From Parcubacteria bacterium C7867-007 (GTDB lineage: Bacteria; Patescibacteriota; Minisyncoccia; Phycocordibacterales; Phycocordibacteraceae), in NCBI GenBank assembly GCA_001189195.1, contig LFCQ01000003.1, positions 7,059 to 71,058 on the forward strand: a DNA stretch of 64,000 nucleotides, written 5' to 3'. This document shows, in pieces, positions 1-8,474 of this stretch. How positions within the stretch are numbered: the stretch's first letter is position 1; each line of letters starts with the position of its first letter. The position numbers were made by a program, and so were the translations under genes. Under the pieces are notes generated by a model. The model had not been told where the DNA came from. It searched no databases and was given only the letters and a program-made list of their open reading frames with translations.

Positions 1-1
1 G

Positions 2-601
2 AACACTTCAGGGGCATTGGGTGGTGTTTCTCCTTCTGAATCAGCTCTGAACTTCTACACACAATTCTCTGATCCTGCGAAGACGGTGTATTCCTGGAAC
101 AATGCGCTCCCTGAAGCAAGACAAGCATTTATTTCAGGAGACCTTGCACTCTATGTGGGATTTGCCTCAGAGGCACCCTTCCTCAAGGCATCTAATCCAA
201 ATCTTGATTTTGATATGACGCATGTACCTCAGCCTGCAACGAGTCAGTCTCGTATGACGTACGGCAAGGTATATGCGCTCTCAGTTCCAAAAGCATCTGC
301 TAATCCTAATGGTGCTATAGCAGTGGCACGGGTATTGAGTAGTAAGGAGGAGGGAGGACAGGTTGCACGGGTACTCTCAATGGCACCTGCACAACGAGCA
401 CTCTTGGCACCCTCTGCTACCGACCCGTATCAAGCTATCTACTACCCCGACGCTCTCATTGCCAAGGGTTGGCTATCCCCATCACCTACGAATACGGACA
501 CTATATTTGCCGCTATGATAGGAGATATAACCAGCGGTAGATCTACGGTGCGTGAGGCGCTCAACCGAGCAGGCCAGGCACTTGATTCTGCACTGCAATA
601 A
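2..601 (+). CDS. 5'-truncated extracellular solute-binding protein (ABC transporter substrate-binding, family-1-like); the reading frame is open to the window edge
   Basis: Long ORF in a frame that continues to position 2. The C-terminal region has the composition and architecture of periplasmic solute-binding proteins. No database search was possible. Confidence 0.35.
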   Translation, partial: NTSGALGGVSPSESALNFYTQFSDPAKTVYSWNNALPEARQAFISGDLALYVGFASEAPFLKASNPNLDFDMTHVPQPATSQSRMTYGKVYALSVPKASANPNGAIAVARVLSSKEEGGQVARVLSMAPAQRALLAPSATDPYQAIYYPDALIAKGWLSPSPTNTDTIFAAMIGDITSGRSTVREALNRAGQALDSALQ

Positions 602-609
602 TCTCACCC

Positions 610-867
610 ATGCTTACGAACCCGCTTCAGTTTGACTCACTTCCAGAACTCCTCACTGGGGTATTAAGTGGACTGGTTGAAATTGGAGTGATTGTTCTCA
701 TCATCGCTTTTGTCTGGGTGGGTTTCTCATTTGTCCGTGCGCAGGGAAAGCCAGCCGAACTTGAGAAAGCAAAGGCAGCTTTTCTCTGGACGGTGATTGG
801 TGGCGCCATACTTCTTGGTGCACAGGGAATCGCAACGCTCGTTGAAGCTACGGTAACCGGCCTATGA
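610..867 (+). CDS. small 2-TM pilin-like protein, paralog 1 (TrbC/VirB2-like architecture; weakest member of the array)
   Basis: 85 aa with two hydrophobic helices separated by a short charged loop (AQGKPAELEKAK). It starts 9 bp after the upstream gene and overlaps the next gene by 4 bp (ATGA). Same architecture as the four downstream paralogs. Confidence 0.4.
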   Translation: MLTNPLQFDSLPELLTGVLSGLVEIGVIVLIIAFVWVGFSFVRAQGKPAELEKAKAAFLWTVIGGAILLGAQGIATLVEATVTGL

Positions 868-1334
868 CCTACACACGCAGCACAGGCATACTCCTAACCC
901 TTATAGCGGGCTTATTCCTCTTTGCTGCTACGACGACACAGGCGCAGACATGCACTCCGTCTTGTGGTACAGGAATGATCTGTGTGTATGAAGGATCTAA
1001 TGGATACACTGCAACATGTATAAAGGCTGCAGCTAGTGACGGTACGGTAGATGTGATTGAAGTGACCGCTACCGCAAAGTGTTCAGGAAAGTCTCTTTGT
1101 GCACTGGTGAACAACACTATTATTCCGATAGGTAACAGTATTGTTGGGTTGCTGTTTGCAGTGGCATTCCTCTTGTTTATCTATGGAATGTTTAAATACT
1201 TCTTCCTTAAGGGAGGAGATCCTAAAGCACGTTCAGAGGGCAGGATGTTCATGCTATGGAGTATTATTGCCTTTGCGGTGATGTTCTCCGTATGGGGACT
1301 AGTGAATCTCATCATTAATATAATTCCGACATAG
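864..1334 (+). CDS. secreted Cys-rich domain fused to a 2-TM pilin-like core (paralog 2)
   Basis: Signal peptide followed by a Cys-rich module (CTPSCGTGMICVYEG...CIKAA...CSGKSLC). Then helix 1, the loop GGDPKARSEGR, and helix 2 (SVWGLVNL). The motif is shared with ORFs at 1337, 1882 and 2300. Confidence 0.55.
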   Translation: MTYTRSTGILLTLIAGLFLFAATTTQAQTCTPSCGTGMICVYEGSNGYTATCIKAAASDGTVDVIEVTATAKCSGKSLCALVNNTIIPIGNSIVGLLFAVAFLLFIYGMFKYFFLKGGDPKARSEGRMFMLWSIIAFAVMFSVWGLVNLIINIIPT

Positions 1335-1336
1335 GT

Positions 1337-1783
1337 ATGGGTATACAGAACTTGATTGCGAGCAGTATTAACTTTATTAACAATGTGCTCGTGCCGTTCA
1401 TATTCGCTCTTGCCTTTGCATTCTTCTTGGTGCGGGTGTTCCAGTTCTTCTTTGTTAAAGGAACGGACCCAAAGGCACGGGTAGAGGGAAGGAACTTTAT
1501 TATTGGCTCCATCATTGCTCTCGCGGTAATGGTTTCTGTGTGGGGTCTCGTGAACCTTGTTGCCGGTACCTTCCGTCTAGATCGTAATCAGCCACGACTC
1601 CCAATATTCAATGCGGGAGGAGGTTCATCTGGTGGTTTCTTGGGTGGTTCAGGAAACGATGAAAGGATTCCTGCGGGCACATCAGATTCAGCAATTCCTG
1701 CAGGATCTGCACAAACAAGCCCATCTACTTCAGGTGGTGACAACTGTTTTATTAACAATGATGGTGAAAACATTTGTCTCTAG
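1337..1783 (+). CDS. 2-TM pilin-like protein with Gly/Ser-rich C-terminal tail (paralog 3)
   Basis: Helix 1, the loop KGTDPKARVEGR, and helix 2 (SVWGLVNL), followed by a low-complexity G/S tail ending in a Cys pair. It starts 3 bp after the upstream stop. Confidence 0.55.
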   Translation: MGIQNLIASSINFINNVLVPFIFALAFAFFLVRVFQFFFVKGTDPKARVEGRNFIIGSIIALAVMVSVWGLVNLVAGTFRLDRNQPRLPIFNAGGGSSGGFLGGSGNDERIPAGTSDSAIPAGSAQTSPSTSGGDNCFINNDGENICL

Positions 1784-1881
1784 CACAATAGCGTTGTCCC
1801 CACTCGCGCATTCTTCATATTGACGATGCGTTTGAGGGGTTTATCCTATACCTTGTACCTAATACCTATATTTGTATCTCT

Positions 1882-2235
1882 ATGAAAACACTTGCCTACA
1901 TAGGCGCAGCATCCGCTCTTCCGTTTATTGCGTTTGCGCAGAACGTAAACAGCGTTCAGGATCTCGCGTCGTTCATCATCAGCTTGATCAATAACGTAGC
2001 GGTACCGCTCGTATTTGCGCTCGCATTCATCGTATTTATCTGGGGCGTGTTCCGCTACTTCATTCTTGGTGGTAGCGATCCTAAGAAGCGCGATGAAGGT
2101 CGCCAGCTTATGATCTGGGGCATCGTTGGTTTCGCATTGATGGTTTCTGTGTGGGGTCTCGTACGTATCCTCACCGGTTCTGTGAACCTTAACAATGCAC
2201 CGCTTGAGGTACAGCCAGTTCGTCAGGTTCGTTAA
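1882..2235 (+). CDS. 2-TM pilin-like protein with signal peptide (paralog 4; closest to the TrbC/VirB2 / T4SS-pilin architecture)
   Basis: Signal peptide (…AFAQN), helix 1, the loop GGSDPKKRDEGRQ, and helix 2 (MVSVWGLVRIL). Followed by a rho-independent terminator. Confidence 0.6.
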   Translation: MKTLAYIGAASALPFIAFAQNVNSVQDLASFIISLINNVAVPLVFALAFIVFIWGVFRYFILGGSDPKKRDEGRQLMIWGIVGFALMVSVWGLVRILTGSVNLNNAPLEVQPVRQVR

Positions 2236-2258
2236 GCAAGGTTTCATTCTCCACTAAG

Positions 2259-2290
2259 AAAGCCGCTCCTTAGGAGCGGCTTTCTGCTAT
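2259..2290 (+). terminator. rho-independent terminator after pilin-like paralog 4
   Basis: Inverted repeat agccgctcc/ggagcggct with a 3-nt loop, followed by a T-rich tract. Confidence 0.6.
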
Positions 2291-2299
2291 CATAAACAC

Positions 2300-2551
2300 A
2301 TGGACGCATTTCATACTTTCCTGGACAATGTGCAGCGTGAGATCCTAACCCCTATTGTCGCGGTTATTGCACTCGCTGCTTTCATTCTCTTTATATACGG
2401 TATGGTGAAGTTTATATACAATGCTGGTGATGCAGCAAAACGAGCAGAGGGGCAGAAGCAGATGCTGTATGGAATCATCGGACTCGCTATTATGTTTGGT
2501 GCAAATGCACTTGTGAACCTTCTTCAAGGCACGGTATCGTCTCTATTCTAA
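2300..2551 (+). CDS. 2-TM pilin-like protein (paralog 5)
   Basis: 83 aa with helix 1, the loop NAGDAAKRAEGQKQ, and helix 2 (GANALVNLL). Same architecture as the neighbouring paralogs. Confidence 0.5.
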   Translation: MDAFHTFLDNVQREILTPIVAVIALAAFILFIYGMVKFIYNAGDAAKRAEGQKQMLYGIIGLAIMFGANALVNLLQGTVSSLF

Positions 2552-2567
2552 TTAATGTATGTGAAAA

Positions 2568-2590
2568 GGCCCGGAAGTTTCCTTCCGGGC
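2568..2590. terminator. GC-rich hairpin between convergent genes (functions mainly as terminator for the minus-strand gene 2601-3275)
   Basis: ggcccggaag/cttccgggcc perfect 10-bp stem. The T-run (ttttc) lies on the minus-strand side. Confidence 0.55.
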
Positions 2591-2600
2591 CCGTGTTCCA

Positions 2601-3275
2601 CTAGGGAACAGTGATGACGGCGATGTTCACCAGCATCGGATCTTGTTCTTCAGCACTTCCGCGCTGAAATCCGACAGCAGTACATCGCTTCTGCGTTGTC
2701 CATATCGAGCGCTCGCCGGTCTCTGCATCTTCGCAGTGCAGAATGAACGGCGTGTTCTCTGGCTTCTTCATCCCACAGTATTCGGGGAATCGAAACCAGA
2801 ATGGCTCCTCTCCCCGCACACGAATGGGTACGACCGGCTGCTCGTTGCACACGGGCGGTCCAGGGGGTGCAGGCACCTCCTGAACTTCCTCTTCAGGTTC
2901 AGCTTGCGCTTGTTCCTGAGGAGGAGTGCGGGGTGCTGAGTGCGTTGGTGTTTGATCCACAAACAACAGTTGAAACAAGAACCAACCGACAACACCGATG
3001 GCCAGGATGGCCAGGATGAGCAGTGCAGTTCGTAGCGGAGGCCCCATGCCCGTTTTGGACGCCGGAGACTTCGCAGGTTTCACCGCCATAGTTGTCGGTG
3101 TGACGACAACGACCTTTGGTTGAGACTGATTGGTGTTTCCACCCTTCAATCTCCGAGCAGGCCCTTTCTTTTTCAATCTCCGCAGGAGCGTCACACCAAA
3201 GGCAATGACGATCAAAACGAAGATAACCCACTCCCAAAAGATGATTGATTTCAGGAAGTTAAGCCACTCAGGCAT
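2601..3275 (-). CDS. Pro-rich single-pass membrane protein, function unknown
   Basis: The start is reassigned to the ATG at 3275, which has the RBS aagggg 6 nt upstream; the longer ORF to 3353 has no RBS. One TM helix, a Pro/Gln/Glu-rich linker, and a C-terminal domain containing cysteines. Confidence 0.45.
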   Translation of the reverse strand: MPEWLNFLKSIIFWEWVIFVLIVIAFGVTLLRRLKKKGPARRLKGGNTNQSQPKVVVVTPTTMAVKPAKSPASKTGMGPPLRTALLILAILAIGVVGWFLFQLLFVDQTPTHSAPRTPPQEQAQAEPEEEVQEVPAPPGPPVCNEQPVVPIRVRGEEPFWFRFPEYCGMKKPENTPFILHCEDAETGERSIWTTQKRCTAVGFQRGSAEEQDPMLVNIAVITVP

Positions 3276-4626
3276 CGGTTTTCCCCTTAGGTTCTGGAGT
3301 CTTATTCTTCCCGAGCACACCCTCGAGCATGTCGTCGACGGCGCCTCGGACATCGATACCGAGAATCAACTTAGCGTTGTCACCGATGATTCTCTCAGCG
3401 GCTTCAGCACCATAGATCTCTCGACCCTCAAGTCCAAGGGTATTGGCTTCGTACTTCTTGCCGTCAGCGATTGCTGTACGGCGGGCGAGTTCTACAGCTG
3501 CCGCAGCGGCACCGGCCTTGGTCGTCACATAAGCGTCGGCGTCGGCTTTGGTGTTGCTGGCTAGTTGGGCTGCGAGGGCCTTACCGATGCCAGTGAGTTC
3601 CTTGCTCAGGTCGTGGCTCAGATCAGGGGCGAGGAGTGTGATCTCCAATATTTTTATACCCCAGTCATTGGTTAGTGTTTCAAGTTCTTCCTCAACCAAT
3701 TCACTGATTGTGATCAAGTCCTTGACCACGCGGCCAATTGGTCGCTGCAGGAATTGCTGCGTTACGGCGCGTGACCATGTGTCGTTTAGTTGTCGGTTAG
3801 CATAGGCAAGCATATCTTCTGGAGTGTCACCTTCCATTGCCATGGCAAAGGACATGACATCTTCGATCTTGTAGCGGACCGTACCAGTGACTGTGGTGGT
3901 CATCTGGATGTTGAGTGGGCCGAGCTCCAAGCCTTTTCTACCAGGCTCAGGTGTACCGCTAATTGGACGGAATGGCCGCACCATGCCCGGAGGCAGGTCA
4001 ACTTTGTCGTCTCCGTGGAAAACCTCCTCAGGTTCACCAGGGATTTGGATTTGCTGAGCTGCGCGAGGCAGCCGAACCATACCCATCCAGGGCACAAGCC
4101 GGAACGTCAGACCAACTTTCGGTTGCCGAATAGGTCTATCGAAGAAAGTGATACTTACGAGATCTTTATATCCGACCTTGTCGATCGAGAAAAGAGTTTG
4201 CAAGATTGCGCCCCCGACGACGAGGTACCACGGATGGCCGAAGAAAGACATGACGATCGCAAGCAGGGCCAGTGCAGCATAGTTGAGGATGATGACTAGT
4301 TTGTAGAGTGCCTTGTCAACTTTCACTGCAGACTTACTCTTACGAGGTTTGTCGGCAGCTCCAGTCTCGGAGGTTTCTTCAGAGTCTTCATCCTGCTCAG
4401 CATCCGTCTCACGTTGCTGGCGACGCTTCTCGAGATGTTCTCGGAACTTGCGCGCCAGAAACTGAGACAAAGTCCTCACGGACTTACCAAGCCATGCGAG
4501 GAAGCCGTCACGAAGACGGGCGATTTCCGATTGGGGCTTTGCCTGGGAAATGACCCAGACAGATACCGCAATAAAGATCCACGGCCCGACTTGAGCCAGG
4601 ACCTGAATCCAATTATTGGTTTCCAT
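3268..4626 (-). CDS. SPFH/Band-7 (stomatin/prohibitin/HflKC-like) membrane protein
   Basis: N-terminal TM segments followed by an SPFH-like core and an Ala-rich coiled-coil tail (…AAQLASNTKADADAYVTTKAGAAAAAVELARR…). The N-terminal region is acidic. Confidence 0.7.
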   Translation of the reverse strand: METNNWIQVLAQVGPWIFIAVSVWVISQAKPQSEIARLRDGFLAWLGKSVRTLSQFLARKFREHLEKRRQQRETDAEQDEDSEETSETGAADKPRKSKSAVKVDKALYKLVIILNYAALALLAIVMSFFGHPWYLVVGGAILQTLFSIDKVGYKDLVSITFFDRPIRQPKVGLTFRLVPWMGMVRLPRAAQQIQIPGEPEEVFHGDDKVDLPPGMVRPFRPISGTPEPGRKGLELGPLNIQMTTTVTGTVRYKIEDVMSFAMAMEGDTPEDMLAYANRQLNDTWSRAVTQQFLQRPIGRVVKDLITISELVEEELETLTNDWGIKILEITLLAPDLSHDLSKELTGIGKALAAQLASNTKADADAYVTTKAGAAAAAVELARRTAIADGKKYEANTLGLEGREIYGAEAAERIIGDNAKLILGIDVRGAVDDMLEGVLGKNKTPEPKGKTDA

Positions 4627-4717
4627 GTTTGGGCCCTCCTAGAGCCAATTTTATTAGGACACGTCAATGTCCATCCACTAAGTATTTTATACCTTCTATG
4701 GGCACTTTGTCAAGTTG

Positions 4718-4798
4718 TGCTGGAGAGAGGACTTGAACCTCCACCCCCGAAGGGACCTGCTCCTAAGGCAGGCGTGTCTACCATTTCACCACTCCAGC
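4718..4798 (-). tRNA. tRNA-Leu (anticodon TAG)
   Basis: Folded by hand as a cloverleaf. The reverse complement reads GCTGGAGTGGTGAAATGGTAGA…CCTGCCTTAGGAGCAGG…long variable arm…GGTTCAAGTCC. Anticodon loop CTTAGGA. Confidence 0.85.
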
Positions 4799-4824
4799 AA
4801 TGTTCTTAGTATACCTAGAACTAG

Positions 4825-4897
4825 TCCGCCTTCTTGGATTCGAACCAAGGACCATCTCCTTAAGAGGGAGTTGCTCTACCAACTGAGCTAAAGGCGG
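4825..4897 (-). tRNA. tRNA-Lys (anticodon CTT)
   Basis: Cloverleaf with D-arm TAGCTCAGTTGGTAGAGC, anticodon loop CTCTTAA and T-arm CTTGGTTCGAATCCAAG. C1-G72 terminal pair. Confidence 0.8.
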
Positions 4898-6067
4898 TTA
4901 ATCCGGAGTATACCGCGCCAACCCATATTCCACGACTCTCTTAAGATGCTGGGGAATATGGGTAAGGATGACGTAGGGGGTGGTTCCTGCAAGAGTTGCC
5001 ATGTGCTCCACAGAGCACTGCTCTGCAGGATTCCTGCTAATAGCAATCACCCCATCACCTTGTTTGGCTTCAGTAATATTCGTGATCTCTATCGTGGACA
5101 TGTTCATGCTCACACGCCCTGCAATAGGTGCAGGTTTGCCGCACACGAGCATGCTGCCCACGTTTGAGAGTGCACGATCTATCCCTTCAAAGTATCCAAC
5201 GGGGACCGTAGCGATGCGTACCGGCTTAGTTGCGGTGAATGTTGCGTTGTACCCAACAAAGTCTCCCACAGGAATGTCTCGTATGGATGTAATCATGCTG
5301 CGAAGCTCCAGGACAGGCTTCAGAGCTGCGTGCTCCTCATGAGAGGTATCAAAGCCGTACAAACCGATTCCAAGACGCCCTACGTTCGTTCCTGCTTCTT
5401 CTGCCCACTTCATACCCTTGGTTGCGGCAATGTGTTTGTGTGTGAGAGAGGGGAATACTGCACTGATCTGTGCAACACCTTCTTTCCATACGTTCACCTG
5501 TTTATCAGTGTTTGCAGGGTTTGGGCCATCAGCATCTGCAAAGTGTGATCCTGCCCCAACCACAATCACATGCCTATTGGACTGAAGAAGCTTTATTGCT
5601 TCGGGAACATCCTTCTGCATGATGCCGTGTCGGTGCATGCCAGTATCTAGTTTGATGTGCAAACGAGTGCTGTGGTGTGCGACCTTAACCAGTGTGCGAA
5701 GTTGCTCCAAGTCAACAATCGCAAAGTCTACATTCTTAAGATGATTGTGTGCAATATCCTCTGGACGAACGTATCCAAGTACAAGGATAGGAGAACGTAT
5801 TCCACCACGTCGTAGCGTACGAGCCTCGTACAGCGAATCAACCATAAAGAAAGCAATGTTCTCCTTATCAAGAAGCTTTGCAATTGTGCAGAGCCCATGT
5901 CCATACGCGTTGCTCTTTAGTACAGGAGCAAAGGTGAGGTGCGGGTATAACTTCTGATAGGTGTGGAGATTGTGAAGAAGGTTCTCCTGCGATATAGAGA
6001 CCTCAATCAAAGGATGTGCAGAACTAAAGAGTCGTTCAATACGCGCAATAATGCGTGAGAGTGTCAT
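4898..6067 (-). CDS. alr: alanine racemase
   Basis: 389 aa with the N-terminal PLP-lysine motif (VLKSNAYGHG) and the overall alr architecture. Confidence 0.85.
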   Translation of the reverse strand: MTLSRIIARIERLFSSAHPLIEVSISQENLLHNLHTYQKLYPHLTFAPVLKSNAYGHGLCTIAKLLDKENIAFFMVDSLYEARTLRRGGIRSPILVLGYVRPEDIAHNHLKNVDFAIVDLEQLRTLVKVAHHSTRLHIKLDTGMHRHGIMQKDVPEAIKLLQSNRHVIVVGAGSHFADADGPNPANTDKQVNVWKEGVAQISAVFPSLTHKHIAATKGMKWAEEAGTNVGRLGIGLYGFDTSHEEHAALKPVLELRSMITSIRDIPVGDFVGYNATFTATKPVRIATVPVGYFEGIDRALSNVGSMLVCGKPAPIAGRVSMNMSTIEITNITEAKQGDGVIAISRNPAEQCSVEHMATLAGTTPYVILTHIPQHLKRVVEYGLARYTPD

Positions 6068-6105
6068 AACGTAACTATACCAAGTGTGAACCAGATTCGT
6101 TTCAG

Positions 6106-6189
6106 TGCCGAGGGCGGGGGTCGAACCCGCAAGAGCGTTAGCTCACGACGGTTTAAGCGTCGCGTGTATACCAATTTCACCACCTCGGC
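6106..6189 (-). tRNA. tRNA-Leu (anticodon TAA)
   Basis: Cloverleaf with GCCGAGGTGGTGAAATTGGTATAC…, anticodon loop CTTAAAC, a long variable arm, and T-arm GCGGGTTCGACCCCCGC. Confidence 0.85.
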
Positions 6190-6275
6190 AGGTGTGACTG
6201 TACGTGATAAGTATATATCTCGTACAGTTATATTTCATATTAGACCCTTTCATTTAAATGATCCGCACGTTTTTG

Positions 6276-6348
6276 AGGCCTGGGCGGGAATCGCACCCGC
6301 GCAATAATGGGTTTGCAATCCACTGCGTTTCTACTTCGCCACCAGGCC
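6276..6348 (-). tRNA. tRNA-Cys (anticodon GCA), unusual T-loop
   Basis: Perfect 7-bp acceptor stem GGCCTGG/CCAGGCC with discriminator U. 3-bp D-stem and anticodon loop TTGCAAA. The T-loop reads TGCGATT, i.e. G at the normally invariant U55 position. Confidence 0.6.
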
Positions 6349-6554
6349 GATAGCACGCATGGTAGCATATATCTATGAAGTAGGGGATCTCAAGGTTGAG
6401 ATGGGAGAAGTTAAAGAACGACTAGGTTCGATAGAGGTTACGATCGACAGGATTGCTGGAGGTGTAGATACTCTTCTTCAAGAAAATGCAGCTGGAGGAG
6501 TGATCCTTAGTCGCCACAGTCGACAGATTAGCGCACTTGCACTGCACGCTGGTG

Positions 6555-6926
6555 CTACGCTTCCGGATTAGAATCCTCAGGCTCTTCTGCTTCAGGGATC
6601 ACTAGACCACGTGTAATCTCCTCTAGGTGCTGACGATTACGTTCACCGTAATCGAGCTCAAATGTTATATAGGGAAGCACTGCTAAACGTGTGGTGCCTT
6701 TCATTGAGTTACGGAAAAGATCCTTGTGGCGCTTGAGAAAGGCGAGCGCATGATCACTCTGGGCATCAGGGAACACACTTACATAAATAGTGGCATTCTT
6801 GCGGTCTGGAGAGATATCCGCACGCATAGGAGTGATGAGGGTGCTGCGTCCCGCTTCACGGGCGATGTACTTTGCAGCCAACTCAACGATGAGTGACTCT
6901 GCCTTATTTTCACGCATGCTTCCCAT
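6555..6926 (-). CDS. rbfA: ribosome-binding factor A
   Basis: Immediately downstream of infB on the same strand (the classical infB-rbfA order). RbfA-like core with an acidic C-terminal tail. The start is set to the ATG at 6926, which overlaps the infB stop. Confidence 0.65.
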   Translation of the reverse strand: MGSMRENKAESLIVELAAKYIAREAGRSTLITPMRADISPDRKNATIYVSVFPDAQSDHALAFLKRHKDLFRNSMKGTTRLAVLPYITFELDYGERNRQHLEEITRGLVIPEAEEPEDSNPEA

Positions 6927-6927
6927 A

Positions 6928-8409
6928 CTATGATTCAACAACGCGGAAGGTGATAAGGGTGTCGCCACCAGCGATGTCTACCTTGGTTTCAATTTGGAGG
7001 CCAAATTCACCCTCCACCTTAATTTCCTGCACATCCATGCGAGCAACCTGTAGGTTGGTGATACGACCCTGTCCAAGCGGAATACCACGACGCTCGATCT
7101 TAACCTGGCTCTTTGGAGTGAGAATACCTGACTCCCAGCGTGCACCAAGCACCACCTTTCCTGACGATGCATTAAATGTTTTAAGAACCTTTGCCTGACC
7201 AGTGAGTTCTTCTGTGGTGATGCGGGGTGCGTGCTCCTTCACAAGCTGCTCAATACGCTCCTTAAGCTCATAAATAATCTTGAAGGATTCAATGAGAATA
7301 GCTGCGCGTTCTGCGAGCTCACGCGCAGAGTTGTCTGTACCAACGGTAAAGCCGATAACAATAGCGCCACTTGCTTGTGCTTGCTTAACATCACCCTCGC
7401 TTACGGCACCTACACCTTCAACAATGACGCGTATTGCAACACGGTCATGCTGAATCTTGTTGAGCTCATGCTTAATTGCTTCAAGACTTCCAGTGACGTC
7501 TGCTTTAAGGATGATGGGTAGAACCCTTTTGCCGTCCTCTGTCTCAAGTGCCTTTGCAGGGATATTAGCAATGACCACCTTCTCCGTTGCAAGTTTCTCC
7601 GCATCCTTCTTAGAAGCTGCTGCAGCAAAAGGAGTACCAGCAGGAGGAAGGCTACTCCAACCTGCAATAAGTACGGGTTGTGAGGGAAGTGCAGTATCAA
7701 TGCGATCTCCTTTAAAGTCTTCGATGAAACGAACCGGTGCAATTGCACTTCCCGCCACCACAAATGAACCCGTACTAAGTGATCCGTCTTTGATAATGAG
7801 GGTAGCGGTCATTCCCTGACGAGGGTCTTGAGAAGATTCAAGAATAAAACCTTCTGCTGTTTTAGAAGAGTCTGCAGTTAGTTCCGCAAAATCAGCGGTT
7901 AGAAGAACGAGATCAAGAAGTTCAGGAACACCCTCACCTGTCTTAGAAGAAACACCCGTGTATGAAATAGAACCACCGAGACCTTCAAGATATATGCCGT
8001 GCTCTATGGTGCTCATCTTTGCACGCTCAATGTCTGCACTGTTCTTATCTATCTTGGTAAAGGCAACCACGAATGGTGTACCTGCTTCCATAATTGCTTC
8101 GTATGCTTCAAGCGTCTGTGGCTTCACTCCTTCCTCTGCTGCAATAACCAGGATTGCCACATCTGCTGCGGTTGCACCACGTGCGCGAAGTACGCGGAAT
8201 GCCTCGTGGCCCGGAGTGTCTAGGAATGTAATTGTGCGGGGGGCACCTTCGTGTTCGTGCACCACTTCATACGCAGATACGTGCTGTGTAATACCTCCTG
8301 CCTCACCTGCAGCAACATTAGACTTCCGGATGTAATCCAGAAGAGAAGATTTGCCGTGGTCGATGTGACCCATGACGGCCACTATTGGTGGACGGGGAGC
8401 AACAGCCAT
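6928..8409 (-). CDS. infB: translation initiation factor IF-2 (minimal form, G-domain near N-terminus)
   Basis: Contains GHIDHGKSSLLDYIR (G1) and DTPGHEAF (G3), plus C-terminal beta-barrel domains. The start is reassigned to the internal ATG (MAVAPRPP…), giving 494 aa. Confidence 0.85.
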   Translation of the reverse strand: MAVAPRPPIVAVMGHIDHGKSSLLDYIRKSNVAAGEAGGITQHVSAYEVVHEHEGAPRTITFLDTPGHEAFRVLRARGATAADVAILVIAAEEGVKPQTLEAYEAIMEAGTPFVVAFTKIDKNSADIERAKMSTIEHGIYLEGLGGSISYTGVSSKTGEGVPELLDLVLLTADFAELTADSSKTAEGFILESSQDPRQGMTATLIIKDGSLSTGSFVVAGSAIAPVRFIEDFKGDRIDTALPSQPVLIAGWSSLPPAGTPFAAAASKKDAEKLATEKVVIANIPAKALETEDGKRVLPIILKADVTGSLEAIKHELNKIQHDRVAIRVIVEGVGAVSEGDVKQAQASGAIVIGFTVGTDNSARELAERAAILIESFKIIYELKERIEQLVKEHAPRITTEELTGQAKVLKTFNASSGKVVLGARWESGILTPKSQVKIERRGIPLGQGRITNLQVARMDVQEIKVEGEFGLQIETKVDIAGGDTLITFRVVES

Positions 8410-8474
8410 AATATGCGTATTATTCCATAAAATAAGCCTTTTGCAAAGAAGTCTCTCATGAGAGACTAGGGTAT

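Noticed and set aside
6359-6571. 70-aa plus-strand ORF between tRNA-Cys and rbfA
   Set aside because: It overlaps the 3' end of rbfA and has no RBS or motif. More likely this is promoter/leader space for the tRNA cluster.
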